Source: an uncultured Fibrobacterota bacterium
Lineage (GTDB): Bacteria; Fibrobacterota; Chitinivibrionia; Chitinivibrionales; FEN-1185
DNA length: 64,000 nucleotides
Assembly: GCA_963753345.1 (NCBI GenBank)
Contig: CAVWBU010000041.1
Coordinates: 160,001 to 224,000 of the forward strand
Reading direction: 5' to 3'
Below the pieces are notes generated by a model. The model saw only the letters and a list, made by a program, of their open reading frames with translations, had not been told where the DNA came from and made no database searches. Positions 19,243 to 29,192 of the stretch are shown here, one piece after another (position 1 is the stretch's first letter; every line of letters starts with the position of its first letter). A program made the position numbers and the translations under genes.

Positions 19243-21189
19243 CTAATATTGCAGCGCTTCCTGCTTGGCGATTGTTTTCCTGTTGTTGCGCACCGTTTCA
19301 AGGTTTTTCTTCGTGACGCTGTCCGGATGAAGTTTATATGCCGTCTTCAGTTCTTCCACGGCCTTGCCGACTTCGCCTTTGTCAAGAAGACACTTGGCGT
19401 AATTGGTGTGCGCCTCGTAGTGGTCTTCGTCGTCGATCTTGAGATTGATGGCCGCCCTGAATTCCTCTTCCGCCTCTTCCTTCTTTCCTTTTTGAAACAA
19501 AAGCGCGCCGAGATTGTTGTGCGCGAAATAATTCTTCGGATTGTACTTGATCGCCACCCGCCAGGCGGGGATCGCGCGCTCGAAGTCGCCGGCGAGATGA
19601 AAGGCCTCCGCGATCCGATGGTACGAATACGCGTCGAGGTAGTCTTCACGGATCTTGAGAATTGCGTCGGCGGAGGCATTGACAAATTCCGGAATGTTGG
19701 CGGCACGGTCGTTGCCGGAGAAATTCTCGAGCACCACGGCCGGGCTTGCGTTGCCCTGTTCGTTGATATGCGTGAGAAAGAGCTGGGTGTACGGGCCGTT
19801 TACCTTTGAGGAAAACACCAGCCACCTGCTGTTGGGCGACCAGCTGTGCCACGAATTAAGGATGGACATGTTACAAGCAAGCTCGCGCGCCTCGCCGCCC
19901 TCCGCCGGTATGATGTACAGCTTGGCGTCGGGCTGGAGGAATATGTAATTCCGCGCCTTGCAGAAGGCGATCCATTTTCCGTCGGGAGAATATTTCGCAA
20001 AATAATTGCTCATGCCGTTGTTTGATGCGCCTTTGATCGGCTCGGGAACGCCGCCTTTGCCGTTGTTGAACGGCACGCGGACCAGATCGTATTTGATCAA
20101 CGGTCCCTCGTTCGCGATGAAAGAGTCGGCGTCGGGACCGTTCACCAGGGCGCGGCGCTGGCGGTTGAACACATCGAGGTTGTAGGACTTGTTCCGCACG
20201 AACACCAGGTACTTGCCGTCCGGGCTCCACGTTGCGTTGGTCTGCACGTACTTCCTGTCGTTCGCGCCCGGCAGGACAAACATCGCCTTGGTCTGCCGGT
20301 CGTATATAGAAACCATTCCCTTGACAAAAAAGAACAACTGCGAGAACATGAGGTTGGGACGGTACACGGCGATCGCCTGGTCCTTCACCGTGCCCGCCAC
20401 GAACCTCCCGTCGGGCGACACCTGGTTCAGCAGCCCGAAGGTGGGCTCTTTGTCTTCTCCCGGCATTTTGTAGTTGGACCAGCTTATGATTTTCGACCTG
20501 TCGAGCACGATGTCCTGTTTGACCGGCATGATGGCGTAGGCGCCCTTGTCGTTGCCGCAATCCGCTTCCATTCCCATGGTCTTTGCGTCCCTGGAAAACG
20601 AATGGCAGTTACCGCACACCGGCAGCTTCTGCAGCACGATTTTGGGCCGTTCTTCGGACGAGATTGCGCCGAACCGCCACCGGATGTTGGTGGGGTCCTT
20701 CACCGCCTCCATGAACGGCAGGTTCACTTCGCGGTAGAAAATGGGGGCCTTCACGGAATCGGGCGAAACGGAAAACACCACCTGTCCTCCGGAGAGCGTC
20801 TTCTTCCAGTGCGCCGAGTTGACGCCGCGGAATTCCACGACCACCTGTTTTCCGACCGCGCGCTGTTTGATCTGTTCCCAGCTTTCCTGCGGCACTTTCC
20901 ACGTCTTCTTTTCCGACGAAAACGTGAGCATGTCCCGGTCATTCTGGAATTTGAACGCGATGTGCCATTTGTCCGCGCTCCGCCTTGCATCCTGCCACCT
21001 GAATACCGGGGCCGCGATATCGGGCGGGAACACGGCGCCTTTGAAGGGATACTCAATGGTAATGCCGCTTTTCGCCGCCTCTTGATCGGCGCGCAGCTGC
21101 TGCGTCCGGTAATACACGACTCCGATGAACAGCGCAAGAACGGCAAGCGCCGTAATCAGAATGGAAAGGTAGCGTTGGGAAAGACTCAT
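19243..21189 (-). CDS. Membrane-anchored PD40/TolB-like propeller + TPR protein with CxxCH motif
   Basis: N-terminal TM helix; CGNCH; WSPDG, YSPDG, WSPNS repeats; C-terminal TPRs. Confidence 0.85.
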   Translation of the reverse strand: MSLSQRYLSILITALAVLALFIGVVYYRTQQLRADQEAAKSGITIEYPFKGAVFPPDIAAPVFRWQDARRSADKWHIAFKFQNDRDMLTFSSEKKTWKVPQESWEQIKQRAVGKQVVVEFRGVNSAHWKKTLSGGQVVFSVSPDSVKAPIFYREVNLPFMEAVKDPTNIRWRFGAISSEERPKIVLQKLPVCGNCHSFSRDAKTMGMEADCGNDKGAYAIMPVKQDIVLDRSKIISWSNYKMPGEDKEPTFGLLNQVSPDGRFVAGTVKDQAIAVYRPNLMFSQLFFFVKGMVSIYDRQTKAMFVLPGANDRKYVQTNATWSPDGKYLVFVRNKSYNLDVFNRQRRALVNGPDADSFIANEGPLIKYDLVRVPFNNGKGGVPEPIKGASNNGMSNYFAKYSPDGKWIAFCKARNYIFLQPDAKLYIIPAEGGEARELACNMSILNSWHSWSPNSRWLVFSSKVNGPYTQLFLTHINEQGNASPAVVLENFSGNDRAANIPEFVNASADAILKIREDYLDAYSYHRIAEAFHLAGDFERAIPAWRVAIKYNPKNYFAHNNLGALLFQKGKKEEAEEEFRAAINLKIDDEDHYEAHTNYAKCLLDKGEVGKAVEELKTAYKLHPDSVTKKNLETVRNNRKTIAKQEALQY

Positions 21190-21386
21190 GTGACCCCTCC
21201 TGCGCCGGACGGTAGAAAACTATCCCGGCGCGACGAACCGTAACCCTCAAATATACTTCTTCCCTATTTATTACGGCCAGGCAAGGCAAAAAATGCCGGC
21301 CCGATTGTCCCTATTCCCAAATGTATTTTTAGGTTCCGGGGCTCCATAGCGGCTTCCGCAGATTCCCCGGCAACAAGGAACGCTGC

Positions 21387-21980
21387 ATGGCACGATTCGC
21401 ACTCGCCTTCGCATACTACGTCTATAACACCATTGTCACCCGCGTTCCTGCATATGGGGTGCGGCACTGGTATTTGCGGACCGTGTTCGGCGTCCGCCTC
21501 GGCCCGGGAAGTTCCATCCACATGGGATGTTTCGTTACCGGCGGGAACATCACCATCGGAAAGAACAGCGTCGTCAACCGCAACTGTTTCCTTGACGGAC
21601 GCGCAGGCATCGACATCGGCGACAACGCGAGCATTTCCGCCGAGACGTGCATTATCACGCTCGGCCACGATCCCCGGTCTCCTGATTTCTCCACCACAGG
21701 CGAAAAAGTCGTGATCGGCGATTACGCGTGGATCGGCATGCGCGCGCTCATTCTGCCGGGCGTGCGGCTGGGCAGGGGCTGCATCGCGGGCGCCGGCAGC
21801 GTGGTAACCAAGAGCTTTGACGATTTCTCCATTGTCGCAGGCAATCCGGCAAAAAAAATCGGCCAGAGGCCCACGGACCTGCGGTACGACCCCCGATATT
21901 TCCCGTACTTCAACACAGACCTTGCGCCGCAACGGGCGGAGACCCAGCCCCGCCGCGCCGGTCCTCGGCTCCCGCCGTGA
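21387..21980 (+). CDS. Left-handed beta-helix sugar O-acyltransferase
   Basis: Hexapeptide repeats, IGDYAWIG, AGSVVTK, VAGNPAK. Confidence 0.9.
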   Translation: MARFALAFAYYVYNTIVTRVPAYGVRHWYLRTVFGVRLGPGSSIHMGCFVTGGNITIGKNSVVNRNCFLDGRAGIDIGDNASISAETCIITLGHDPRSPDFSTTGEKVVIGDYAWIGMRALILPGVRLGRGCIAGAGSVVTKSFDDFSIVAGNPAKKIGQRPTDLRYDPRYFPYFNTDLAPQRAETQPRRAGPRLPP

Positions 21981-23215
21981 AGAAGCTCCTCGTTATTTCC
22001 CGCTTCTGTCCAAGCGACGCCGCCCGTTACGCGGGAAGCAAGACGCACAATTACTACCTGAAACGGCTGGCGCTGGACTTCGAGGTCAAGCTTATCTCGT
22101 TCACCGCGCCCAACGAGTGCCCTTCGTTCGACCTCAAGGATTACGGCATCGACCACGACGTTTCGCTCGTGGACGGCGGCCCGAAGAACATCCCCCTGTT
22201 TCTTCTTTACAACTGGTGGAACGCGCCGAACTATTTCGGAAAGACCCTCGGCCTCATCAACGGCTACCTCCGGCACATCCTTGTCAAAAAGCTCCTTGCG
22301 CTGCGCGACCGGAAGTACTTTCCCGACATTGTCCTGCTGGAATGGACGCAGATCCTTTTAATGGTGCGGGAGATCAGGAAGGTGTATCCGGCGGCCCTCT
22401 ACGTTGCCTCGGAGCACGACGTGACGTTTCTGCGCCTGAGGCGCCAACTTGCGGCGGCCCGCGGCTTTGCATGGATACGGGAGAAGCTCCGGTGCGAGAG
22501 TTGTGCCAGGGCGGAACTCGCATCCCTGCGGCTGGTGGACGTCATCGCGCCCCACAGCGCGGCCGACGGGAACCTCCTGGTCGCAAACGGTCTGCCCGCC
22601 TCGAACATCCGCACGATCGCCCCGTATGTCGCCGATTTCTCGACAGTCAATTACCGCCCTGCCGGCAGGCAGATCCTGTTCTACGGCGCGATGGACCGCG
22701 AAGACAATTACAAGGGGGTGATCTGGTTCATGGAGCGCGTTTTTTTCCCGCTCTTGCCCTTTTCCTACACGCTGTGCATCCTTGGGGGCTGCCCGCACCG
22801 GTCGCTTGACAAATACAGGTCCGAGCGCGTGGTTATCACGGGGTTCGTTGCCGACCTGCGGCCGTATTTCTCCCAAAGCCTGTGCATGGCGGCGCCCCTG
22901 CTCCTCGGCGCGGGGATCAAGGTGAAGGTGATCGAAGCCATGAGCGCCGGGCTTCCGGTGCTGGCAAACCGGGTCGCCATCGAAGGCATTCCGGCCGTGC
23001 ACGGCGTTCATTATCTCCATTGCGAACAACCGGGCGACTACAAGGAGGCGCTCGACGCCATCGCCGAGGGCCGCATCGACGGTGCGGCCCTTTCGAAGAA
23101 CGCCAGGGAGCTGGTCGCCGCGGCATTCAACAGGGACGCCAGCTACGCCTCGTACAGGGATTTCATCCTGTCAAGGTTCGAACAAACAGCTTCACCAAGG
23201 ACGGTGCGGCCGTGA
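21977..23215 (+). CDS. Glycosyltransferase family 4
   Basis: [26 protein letters not shown] overlap with upstream gene. Confidence 0.9.
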   Translation: MKKLLVISRFCPSDAARYAGSKTHNYYLKRLALDFEVKLISFTAPNECPSFDLKDYGIDHDVSLVDGGPKNIPLFLLYNWWNAPNYFGKTLGLINGYLRHILVKKLLALRDRKYFPDIVLLEWTQILLMVREIRKVYPAALYVASEHDVTFLRLRRQLAAARGFAWIREKLRCESCARAELASLRLVDVIAPHSAADGNLLVANGLPASNIRTIAPYVADFSTVNYRPAGRQILFYGAMDREDNYKGVIWFMERVFFPLLPFSYTLCILGGCPHRSLDKYRSERVVITGFVADLRPYFSQSLCMAAPLLLGAGIKVKVIEAMSAGLPVLANRVAIEGIPAVHGVHYLHCEQPGDYKEALDAIAEGRIDGAALSKNARELVAAAFNRDASYASYRDFILSRFEQTASPRTVRP

Positions 23216-24246
23216 TCATCAGGTCCAAGGCCCCGCTCAGGCTGGGGTTCGCAGGCGGCGGCACCGACGTGAGCCCGTATTGCGATGACTATGGCGGCTA
23301 CATCCTCAACGCCACCATCGACATGTATGCCTACTGCACCATTGAAGCGACCGACACCGGCACCGTGTGCTTCCGCGCCGAGGACCGCAACGAACGCGCC
23401 GAGTTTTCCAGTATCCCGCGCCTCGACCTCAACGGCACACTCGACCTTCACAAAGGAGTGTACAACAGGATCGTGGAGGACTACAACGGCGGCAGGCCGC
23501 TCTCCTTTGTCATGACCACCTACTCCGATGCGCCCGCGGGCAGCGGTCTCGGGTCGTCGTCCACCGTGGTCGTCGCCATGGTCGCCGCGTTCGTGGAATG
23601 GCTCAATCTTCCCCTCGGCGAATACGACATGGCCTCCCTCGCCTACCGGATCGAGCGCCTCGACCTCGGGCTGGCGGGCGGCAGGCAGGACCAGTATGCC
23701 GCCACCTTCGGCGGCTTCAATTTCATGGAGTTCTACAGGGACGACCGCGTCGTGGTCAACCCGCTGAGGATAAAGGACGCAACGGTGAATGAGATCGAAA
23801 GCTCCCTGGTGCTCTACTATTCCGGCGCGTCAAGGGAATCGGCCGCCATCATCGGCGAGCAGATCGACAACGCCCGCGCGGGGAGCAAGGCCGCGGTGTC
23901 GGCCATGCACCGCGTGAAGAGCAACGCGCTTGCCATGAAGGAAAACCTTCTGCGCGGCAACATCGCGGAATTCGCGCGCTGTCTGACCGCCTCGTGGGAA
24001 TCGAAGAAAGGCATGGCGTCCTCGATTTCCAACGCGGCGATCGAGGAAGTGCTGGCATTCGCAAAAAACAACGGCGCGACCGCGGGCAAGGTCTCGGGCG
24101 CAGGCGGCGGCGGCTACCTCATGTTCATGGCCGACCCGGCGAACCGGCTCGCGCTCGCCAGGGCGCTCTCCGGCCTCGGCGGAAAGGTCGTGAGCGTGCA
24201 TTTCGAGCGCAGCGGCGTGCAGTCGTGGATTGCGGAGCGTGTCTGA
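23212..24246 (+). CDS. hddA: D-glycero-alpha-D-manno-heptose-7-phosphate kinase (GHMP family)
   Basis: [47 protein letters not shown] start overlaps the upstream stop. Confidence 0.9.
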   Translation: MIIRSKAPLRLGFAGGGTDVSPYCDDYGGYILNATIDMYAYCTIEATDTGTVCFRAEDRNERAEFSSIPRLDLNGTLDLHKGVYNRIVEDYNGGRPLSFVMTTYSDAPAGSGLGSSSTVVVAMVAAFVEWLNLPLGEYDMASLAYRIERLDLGLAGGRQDQYAATFGGFNFMEFYRDDRVVVNPLRIKDATVNEIESSLVLYYSGASRESAAIIGEQIDNARAGSKAAVSAMHRVKSNALAMKENLLRGNIAEFARCLTASWESKKGMASSISNAAIEEVLAFAKNNGATAGKVSGAGGGGYLMFMADPANRLALARALSGLGGKVVSVHFERSGVQSWIAERV

Positions 24247-24247
24247 C

Positions 24248-24946
24248 ATGGACGCGCTCGTGCTTGCCGGCGGATTCGGCACCCGGCTCCGGCCCCTTGT
24301 TTCCGGCGTTCCCAAGCCCATGGCGCCCGTGCACGGAAAACCGTTTCTCCATTACCTTGCGGCCTATCTGCACCGCAACAACGTTGCGCGGATCGTTTTC
24401 TGCGCGGGCTACCTGCACGAGGCGATCGAACGCTATTTCGGCAACAGGTATCTGGGCATGGACATCGGCTACTCGGTCGAGCGCGAACCGCTCGGCACGG
24501 GAGGAGCTTTTGTCAACGCATTGCCGCTCGTATCGGGCGACTGCTGTCTCCTTCTCAATGGCGATTCCTTTTTCAACGTTCCGGTCGCCGACCTTCTCGA
24601 CGCGCACCGCCGGCGTAAAGCGGACCTCACCATCGCGCTTGTCAAAAGGCACACCGGCGGACGCTTCGGGTCGGTGCGGATGCGGGAAGACCGCATTGTT
24701 TCATTCAAAGAAAAAAGGAGCACCGGCCCGGGGCTGGTGAACGGCGGCGTGTATGTGGTGCGAAGGTCCGTTTTTGACAAAACAGACCTTCCGCGAGCGT
24801 TCTCGCTGGAAAAGGATTTCCTCGAACAATACTGCAATCGCCTCCTGTTCACGGGCGTCGCGGGAGACGGCTACTTCGTTGACATCGGCGTTCCGGAAGA
24901 CTACCGGCGCGCCCAGCGGGAGTACCAACACCTTGCGACGGCGTGA
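24248..24946 (+). CDS. hddC: Heptose-1-phosphate guanylyltransferase-like nucleotidyltransferase
   Basis: LAGGFGTRL, PKPMAP, EPLGTGG, LNGDS, FVDIGVPEDY; next to hddA. Confidence 0.8.
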   Translation: MDALVLAGGFGTRLRPLVSGVPKPMAPVHGKPFLHYLAAYLHRNNVARIVFCAGYLHEAIERYFGNRYLGMDIGYSVEREPLGTGGAFVNALPLVSGDCCLLLNGDSFFNVPVADLLDAHRRRKADLTIALVKRHTGGRFGSVRMREDRIVSFKEKRSTGPGLVNGGVYVVRRSVFDKTDLPRAFSLEKDFLEQYCNRLLFTGVAGDGYFVDIGVPEDYRRAQREYQHLATA

Positions 24947-24987
24947 ACAACGGCGGGAAAACGTTCGCCGCGCCCGGAGATGATGCA

Positions 24988-25953
24988 ATGACTTCTCCCC
25001 TTGTCTCGGTCGTGGTGCTCAACTGGAACGGCGCGTTCCTTCTCGCAGAATGCATCGATTCGCTCAAGCGTCTGTCCTACGCGCCCGTCGAAATCATCGT
25101 TGTCGACAACGGCTCCACCGACGGTTCGCTGGCGCTTTTGGAAAGCATTTCCGGTATATCGCTTGTCAAGAACAGCGCCAATTTGGGGTTCGCCGCGGGC
25201 ATGAACGCCGGCTTTGCGATTGCCCGCGGCGCCTATGTTGCGGCGCTCAACAACGACGTCACGGTCGCGCCGGACTGGCTCAACGACGCCGTTGACATAA
25301 TGGAACGCGATCCGTCGGTCGGCATCGTAAGCTCTCGGCAGATGAACTACGCCGACCGGGACATCATCGACTCGCTGTACTGCTACCTCCACAAGAGCCT
25401 CATCTTCTTCCAGGAGGGGTTCCGTGACCGGTTTCGGCCAGGCACCGCGCATGCCGCGCCCTCGCGCGTGCTCGGCGTGAGCGGGGCATCAACCTTGTAC
25501 CGGAAACGATTGCTCGACGACATGAAGGGGTTCGACGAGACGTTCGGCTCCTACCATGAGGAATCGGACCTATGCATGAAGGCATTCTGTGCCGGATGGA
25601 AATGCGTCTATGTCCCGACGTCGGTAGCGTATCACCGCAGGAGCGAAAGCTTCGGCCGGATCAGGGGCGCAATGTTCTACTACCAGACGCGCAACCGTCT
25701 CTGGTTCATCTACAAATATTCTCCGCTTTCCGCGGTTCTCACGAACCTCGGCTGGATCCTGTTCACGGAACTGCGAATCCTCCGCGTGGTGCTGTTCCGC
25801 GAGCGCGTGTTCCTCTCCTATTGCAAGGGCATCGCCGACGGGTTCGCCGGCATGCCCCGCCTCAGATACGCCCGGCGCGAAAACATGAAGAAGCTCGCGC
25901 AGCGTTACGCCGAATACCGGCTGTTGGTGAAGCGAAAAGCCATTCCGCTTTAA
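24988..25953 (+). CDS. Glycosyltransferase family 2
   Basis: VSVVVLNWNG, VVDNGSTDGS, LNND, YHEESDLC. Confidence 0.9.
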   Translation: MTSPLVSVVVLNWNGAFLLAECIDSLKRLSYAPVEIIVVDNGSTDGSLALLESISGISLVKNSANLGFAAGMNAGFAIARGAYVAALNNDVTVAPDWLNDAVDIMERDPSVGIVSSRQMNYADRDIIDSLYCYLHKSLIFFQEGFRDRFRPGTAHAAPSRVLGVSGASTLYRKRLLDDMKGFDETFGSYHEESDLCMKAFCAGWKCVYVPTSVAYHRRSESFGRIRGAMFYYQTRNRLWFIYKYSPLSAVLTNLGWILFTELRILRVVLFRERVFLSYCKGIADGFAGMPRLRYARRENMKKLAQRYAEYRLLVKRKAIPL

Positions 25954-25966
25954 ACAGCCGCCCCAA

Positions 25967-26085
25967 GTAAACGACCACCGCCATAGGCGGTGGCTTTTTT
26001 TTGAAGCGGCCCATAGGTCGCGAAAAAAAACGGCACCTGTGCCGTTACGTAGCCGTCCAGCTCCCCCGCCACAGGCGGGGGTTTC
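25967..26085. mobile_element. Putative non-autonomous IS200/IS605-derived palindromic element (PATE-like)
   Basis: Left GTAAACGACCACCGCCATAGGCGGTGGCTT and right CTCCCCCGCCACAGGCGGGGGTTTC resemble IS605/IscB-type ends; two internal hairpins; no ORF. Confidence 0.55.
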
Positions 26086-26205
26086 TCTTAAAATCACGGC
26101 CGTAGGTGCAGCTACAAATCTTCATTCATGGTAGCTGGAAATGAAACGGGCGCGCAGTCGTTACGACGCGCGCCCGCAGCGCTATTGGCCCGCCGTAAAA
26201 ATCGG

Positions 26206-27793
26206 TTAAAAAGAATACCCGGGCATAAGAACGCCTTTCGCGACCAGCGCCTGCGCGGTACTCAGGACCACCTGGTCGGTTGAGGCATACAGGGTGTCTC
26301 CCGCATCCATGATCTCCGACTACGCCCGCGATGGTCGCGGAGTCGAGACCGCTGTAGCGAATGTCAACCCAGTTGAGGTTGTGCAGGTTTGCCAGCGACG
26401 GCGCACTCTTGATCGAGGAGCAGTAGTTTACGTTCAAATGCGTGAGCGACGTGAGCTGGGAAAGGTCGGTAACCGCGGAATCGAGCCCGCGGCAGCCGTT
26501 CAGGTTGAGGTACGCGAGCTTGGTGAGCCCTGCGATGGGGGCCAGCGACGTGATTTGCATGTTGTTGTGCGCGTCCAACCATTGGAGATTGGTGAGCGAC
26601 GAGAGCGTGGAAATGTCGGCGATGCCGCCGCAGTTGTTAATCTCAAGCCTGGTGAGATTGGCGAGCCCTGCGATGGCCGAAATGCTCGTGATGGCGTCGC
26701 CGTGCAGCGAGAGACACTGGAGGTTCGAAAGTCCCGCGACTGCGGAAATGTCGGAAAGGGTCTGCGAAAAAATGCTGAAGGTGTCGAGGGTTGTCATTCC
26801 CGTCAGGAACGCCAGCGTGGTGGTCGCGCAACCGTCGATGGTGAACGTCTTGATGCTCGACAGTCCGGAAAGCACGATGGTGTCGAGGTTTCCTGCAGCG
26901 CCGAGCGTAAGACTTTTAAGCCCGGGAAGCGTGGTGAGCCTGAGGGCAAGCAGCTGACCAAGATTAGAAAAATCAAGAGTGTCGATCACATCCATATTGG
27001 AAAGTGTGACCGATTTCACCGAGTCGGACATGCTGAAATCGATCATGTGCACTTTCGGCAGATTCGACAGCACGATCGACGGCAGCGCGTTGTTGGCGAT
27101 AAGGATGGTCTGAAGAACGGGAAGCCCGGAAAGTGCGGACACGCTCGTGGCCTTCATGCCGGCAATGCGGATCCACTTAAGCTTGGTGAGTGCGGAACAG
27201 GCCGAGTAGTCTTGAATATTGTTGGCCCAGCCGAGATCGAGCCAGGTGAGGTTCTTGAGGGTCGAAATGACCGAAATGTCGGTGACCCCGTTTGCGCTGT
27301 GGAGGCTGAGGCTGTCGAGCTTGGTCAGGTTTGCAAGCGAAGAAATGTCCGTGATTTGCCAGCAGCCCTCGAGGTCCAGGGTCATAAGATTTGGAAGGTG
27401 CGAAATGGGCGTAATGTCCTTTATCCCGAAGCAGTTGAAACAGAAGAGCTGGTTAAGGCTGTCGAGACCGGCCAGAGGCGAAAGATCGGTGACATTGTAA
27501 CAGCTGTTGATGCTGAGGTAATTGAGCTTGGTCAGATGGGACAACGGCGTGAGATCGGAAAACTGGTTCGAATCGAGCCAGAGCTTTTCGAGCGAAGTGC
27601 TGTTCTGCAGGAACGACAGGTCGTTCAGCCCCGCCCGTGCAAAATAACCGTAGACCTGCGTACCGACGCCGACCGTGTCGAAAATGAACGTTGAATCCCG
27701 TTCAACCTTGGTGGTCTGCGTGCATCCCATAAACTGGGTCGTCGCAGACATGAGTGGCACCAACAGAGCGAAGGTGACAAGGAGTTTTTTCAT
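26206..27793 (-). CDS. Leucine-rich-repeat (internalin-like) lipoprotein; probable frameshift near 26320
   Basis: FMGC lipobox-like motif; about 20 LxxLxL LRRs. The shifted frame gives SEIMDAGDTLYAS...LVAKGVLMPGYSF* ending at 26206; the track ORF runs to 26126 with an unnatural tail. Confidence 0.85.
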
Positions 27794-27986
27794 TAAACCC
27801 TCCTAAGGAGATTAAGGTAAAATGGTACCTGCGAAACAGATGATTTCTCCGAGAAAAATCCCATAAATAATAAACAAATATATGTGCCACAGATCAGAAC
27901 AGGCAAGAGAAAAATTGATCCCGGCCGCAAGCAGTGCAGACAATTTGGTAGTATATTATAAGCTGTTTTGGAAGGGAGGGAGACCA

Positions 27987-29081
27987 GTGCGACCGCCGTG
28001 TCTGTTTTTGTCAATACTTCTTGCAGGCGCTTCGCTTTCCTGGCCTCAGGACAGCCTGTGGGCCCTTGTCTGGTCGGATGAATTCAACGCACATTTTCTT
28101 GATACCGCCTCGTGGAGCTACGACGTCGGCACCGGCGACAACGGATGGGGCAACAACGAACTCCAGTATTATACGCCGGGCAACAACCTCCTTTTTAACG
28201 ACACGTGCCTTGTCATCGAATTGCGCAAGGAAATCATGGGCGGGGCTCAGTATACATCCGCAAGGATCAACACCCGCAAAAAAGTGGAATTCATGTACGG
28301 AAAGATCCAGGCGCGGATCAAGGCCCCGTATTCACAGGCCGTATGGCCTTCATTCTGGACCCTGGGCACCGACTTCGAACAGGTCGGCTGGCCGGCCTGC
28401 GGTGAAACGGATATTTTCGAAATGGCCTGCGGCGAATATTATCCCGACAACCGGGGTGACAATACCAATTTCGCTGTTGTCCACTTCAATGACGCGGGCG
28501 GGTTTCCCGTGGAAAAGAAAGGATATGTTTCCCTCCCGACCAAAATGGCGGATGACTTCCACGTGTTCACGCTTGTCTGGGACCCGGATTCGGTCTGGTT
28601 CTTCTTCGATTCCGCCCTAGCGCCCTATTTCAAGGCTGAAATATCGGATGCGGGCATGGACGCGTTCCGGCAGCCGCACAGCCTTGTGATCGACATGGCG
28701 CTGGGAGGAACCGGTTTCGCCGGATTGCCCGACGGCTCCACCGTGCTCCCCCAGCGGCTCTATGTGGACTGGGTGAGGTGGTATCAGAAGAAAACCGGCG
28801 TGCTGGGTGAGGCCGGTCGGGGAAAGGCGGATGCTCCGCAGATTTTGCGTCTCACGTCCCGCGGGATCGTGGTGAACCTCACGCGACCGCAGGATGCTTT
28901 TGTCAAGATATACCGTTGCGATGGAAAGCTCGCGGCCGATTTGACAAGCGCTGTCCGCTGTATGAGTCCCGGCACCCACTTCGTTCCGACGGCCGGCCTG
29001 CGGCTCCGCAGCGGGACCTACCTTGTTCGATCCGGCGACGGCGGCAGGGCTGCAACGGCAAGGGTTTCGCTGATCCCCTGA
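27987..29081 (+). CDS. Secreted GH16 beta-glucanase with T9SS-like C-terminal domain
   Basis: WSDEF, WGNNELQYY, YTSARI, WPACGETDIFE (ExDxxE); tail IYRCDGKL...SGTYLV. Confidence 0.92.
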   Translation: MRPPCLFLSILLAGASLSWPQDSLWALVWSDEFNAHFLDTASWSYDVGTGDNGWGNNELQYYTPGNNLLFNDTCLVIELRKEIMGGAQYTSARINTRKKVEFMYGKIQARIKAPYSQAVWPSFWTLGTDFEQVGWPACGETDIFEMACGEYYPDNRGDNTNFAVVHFNDAGGFPVEKKGYVSLPTKMADDFHVFTLVWDPDSVWFFFDSALAPYFKAEISDAGMDAFRQPHSLVIDMALGGTGFAGLPDGSTVLPQRLYVDWVRWYQKKTGVLGEAGRGKADAPQILRLTSRGIVVNLTRPQDAFVKIYRCDGKLAADLTSAVRCMSPGTHFVPTAGLRLRSGTYLVRSGDGGRAATARVSLIP

Positions 29082-29129
29082 TAAGGGCGCTATCCGGTCC
29101 CGCGCTTCACTGACCTCCACAGCCCGCCG

Positions 29130-29164
29130 AAAAAGAAAGGCCCGCAAAACGGCGGGCCTTTCTT
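29130..29164. terminator. Bidirectional intrinsic terminator
   Basis: AAGAAAGGCCCGC/GCGGGCCTTTCTT between convergent GH16 and GH3. Confidence 0.8.
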
Positions 29165-29192
29165 AACATCCGCGAATCGGAAAATTTCAGGC

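Noticed and set aside
22882-23211. N-terminal extension of HddA
   Set aside because: It overlaps the GT4 gene; the coupled GTG at 23212 matches the family start.
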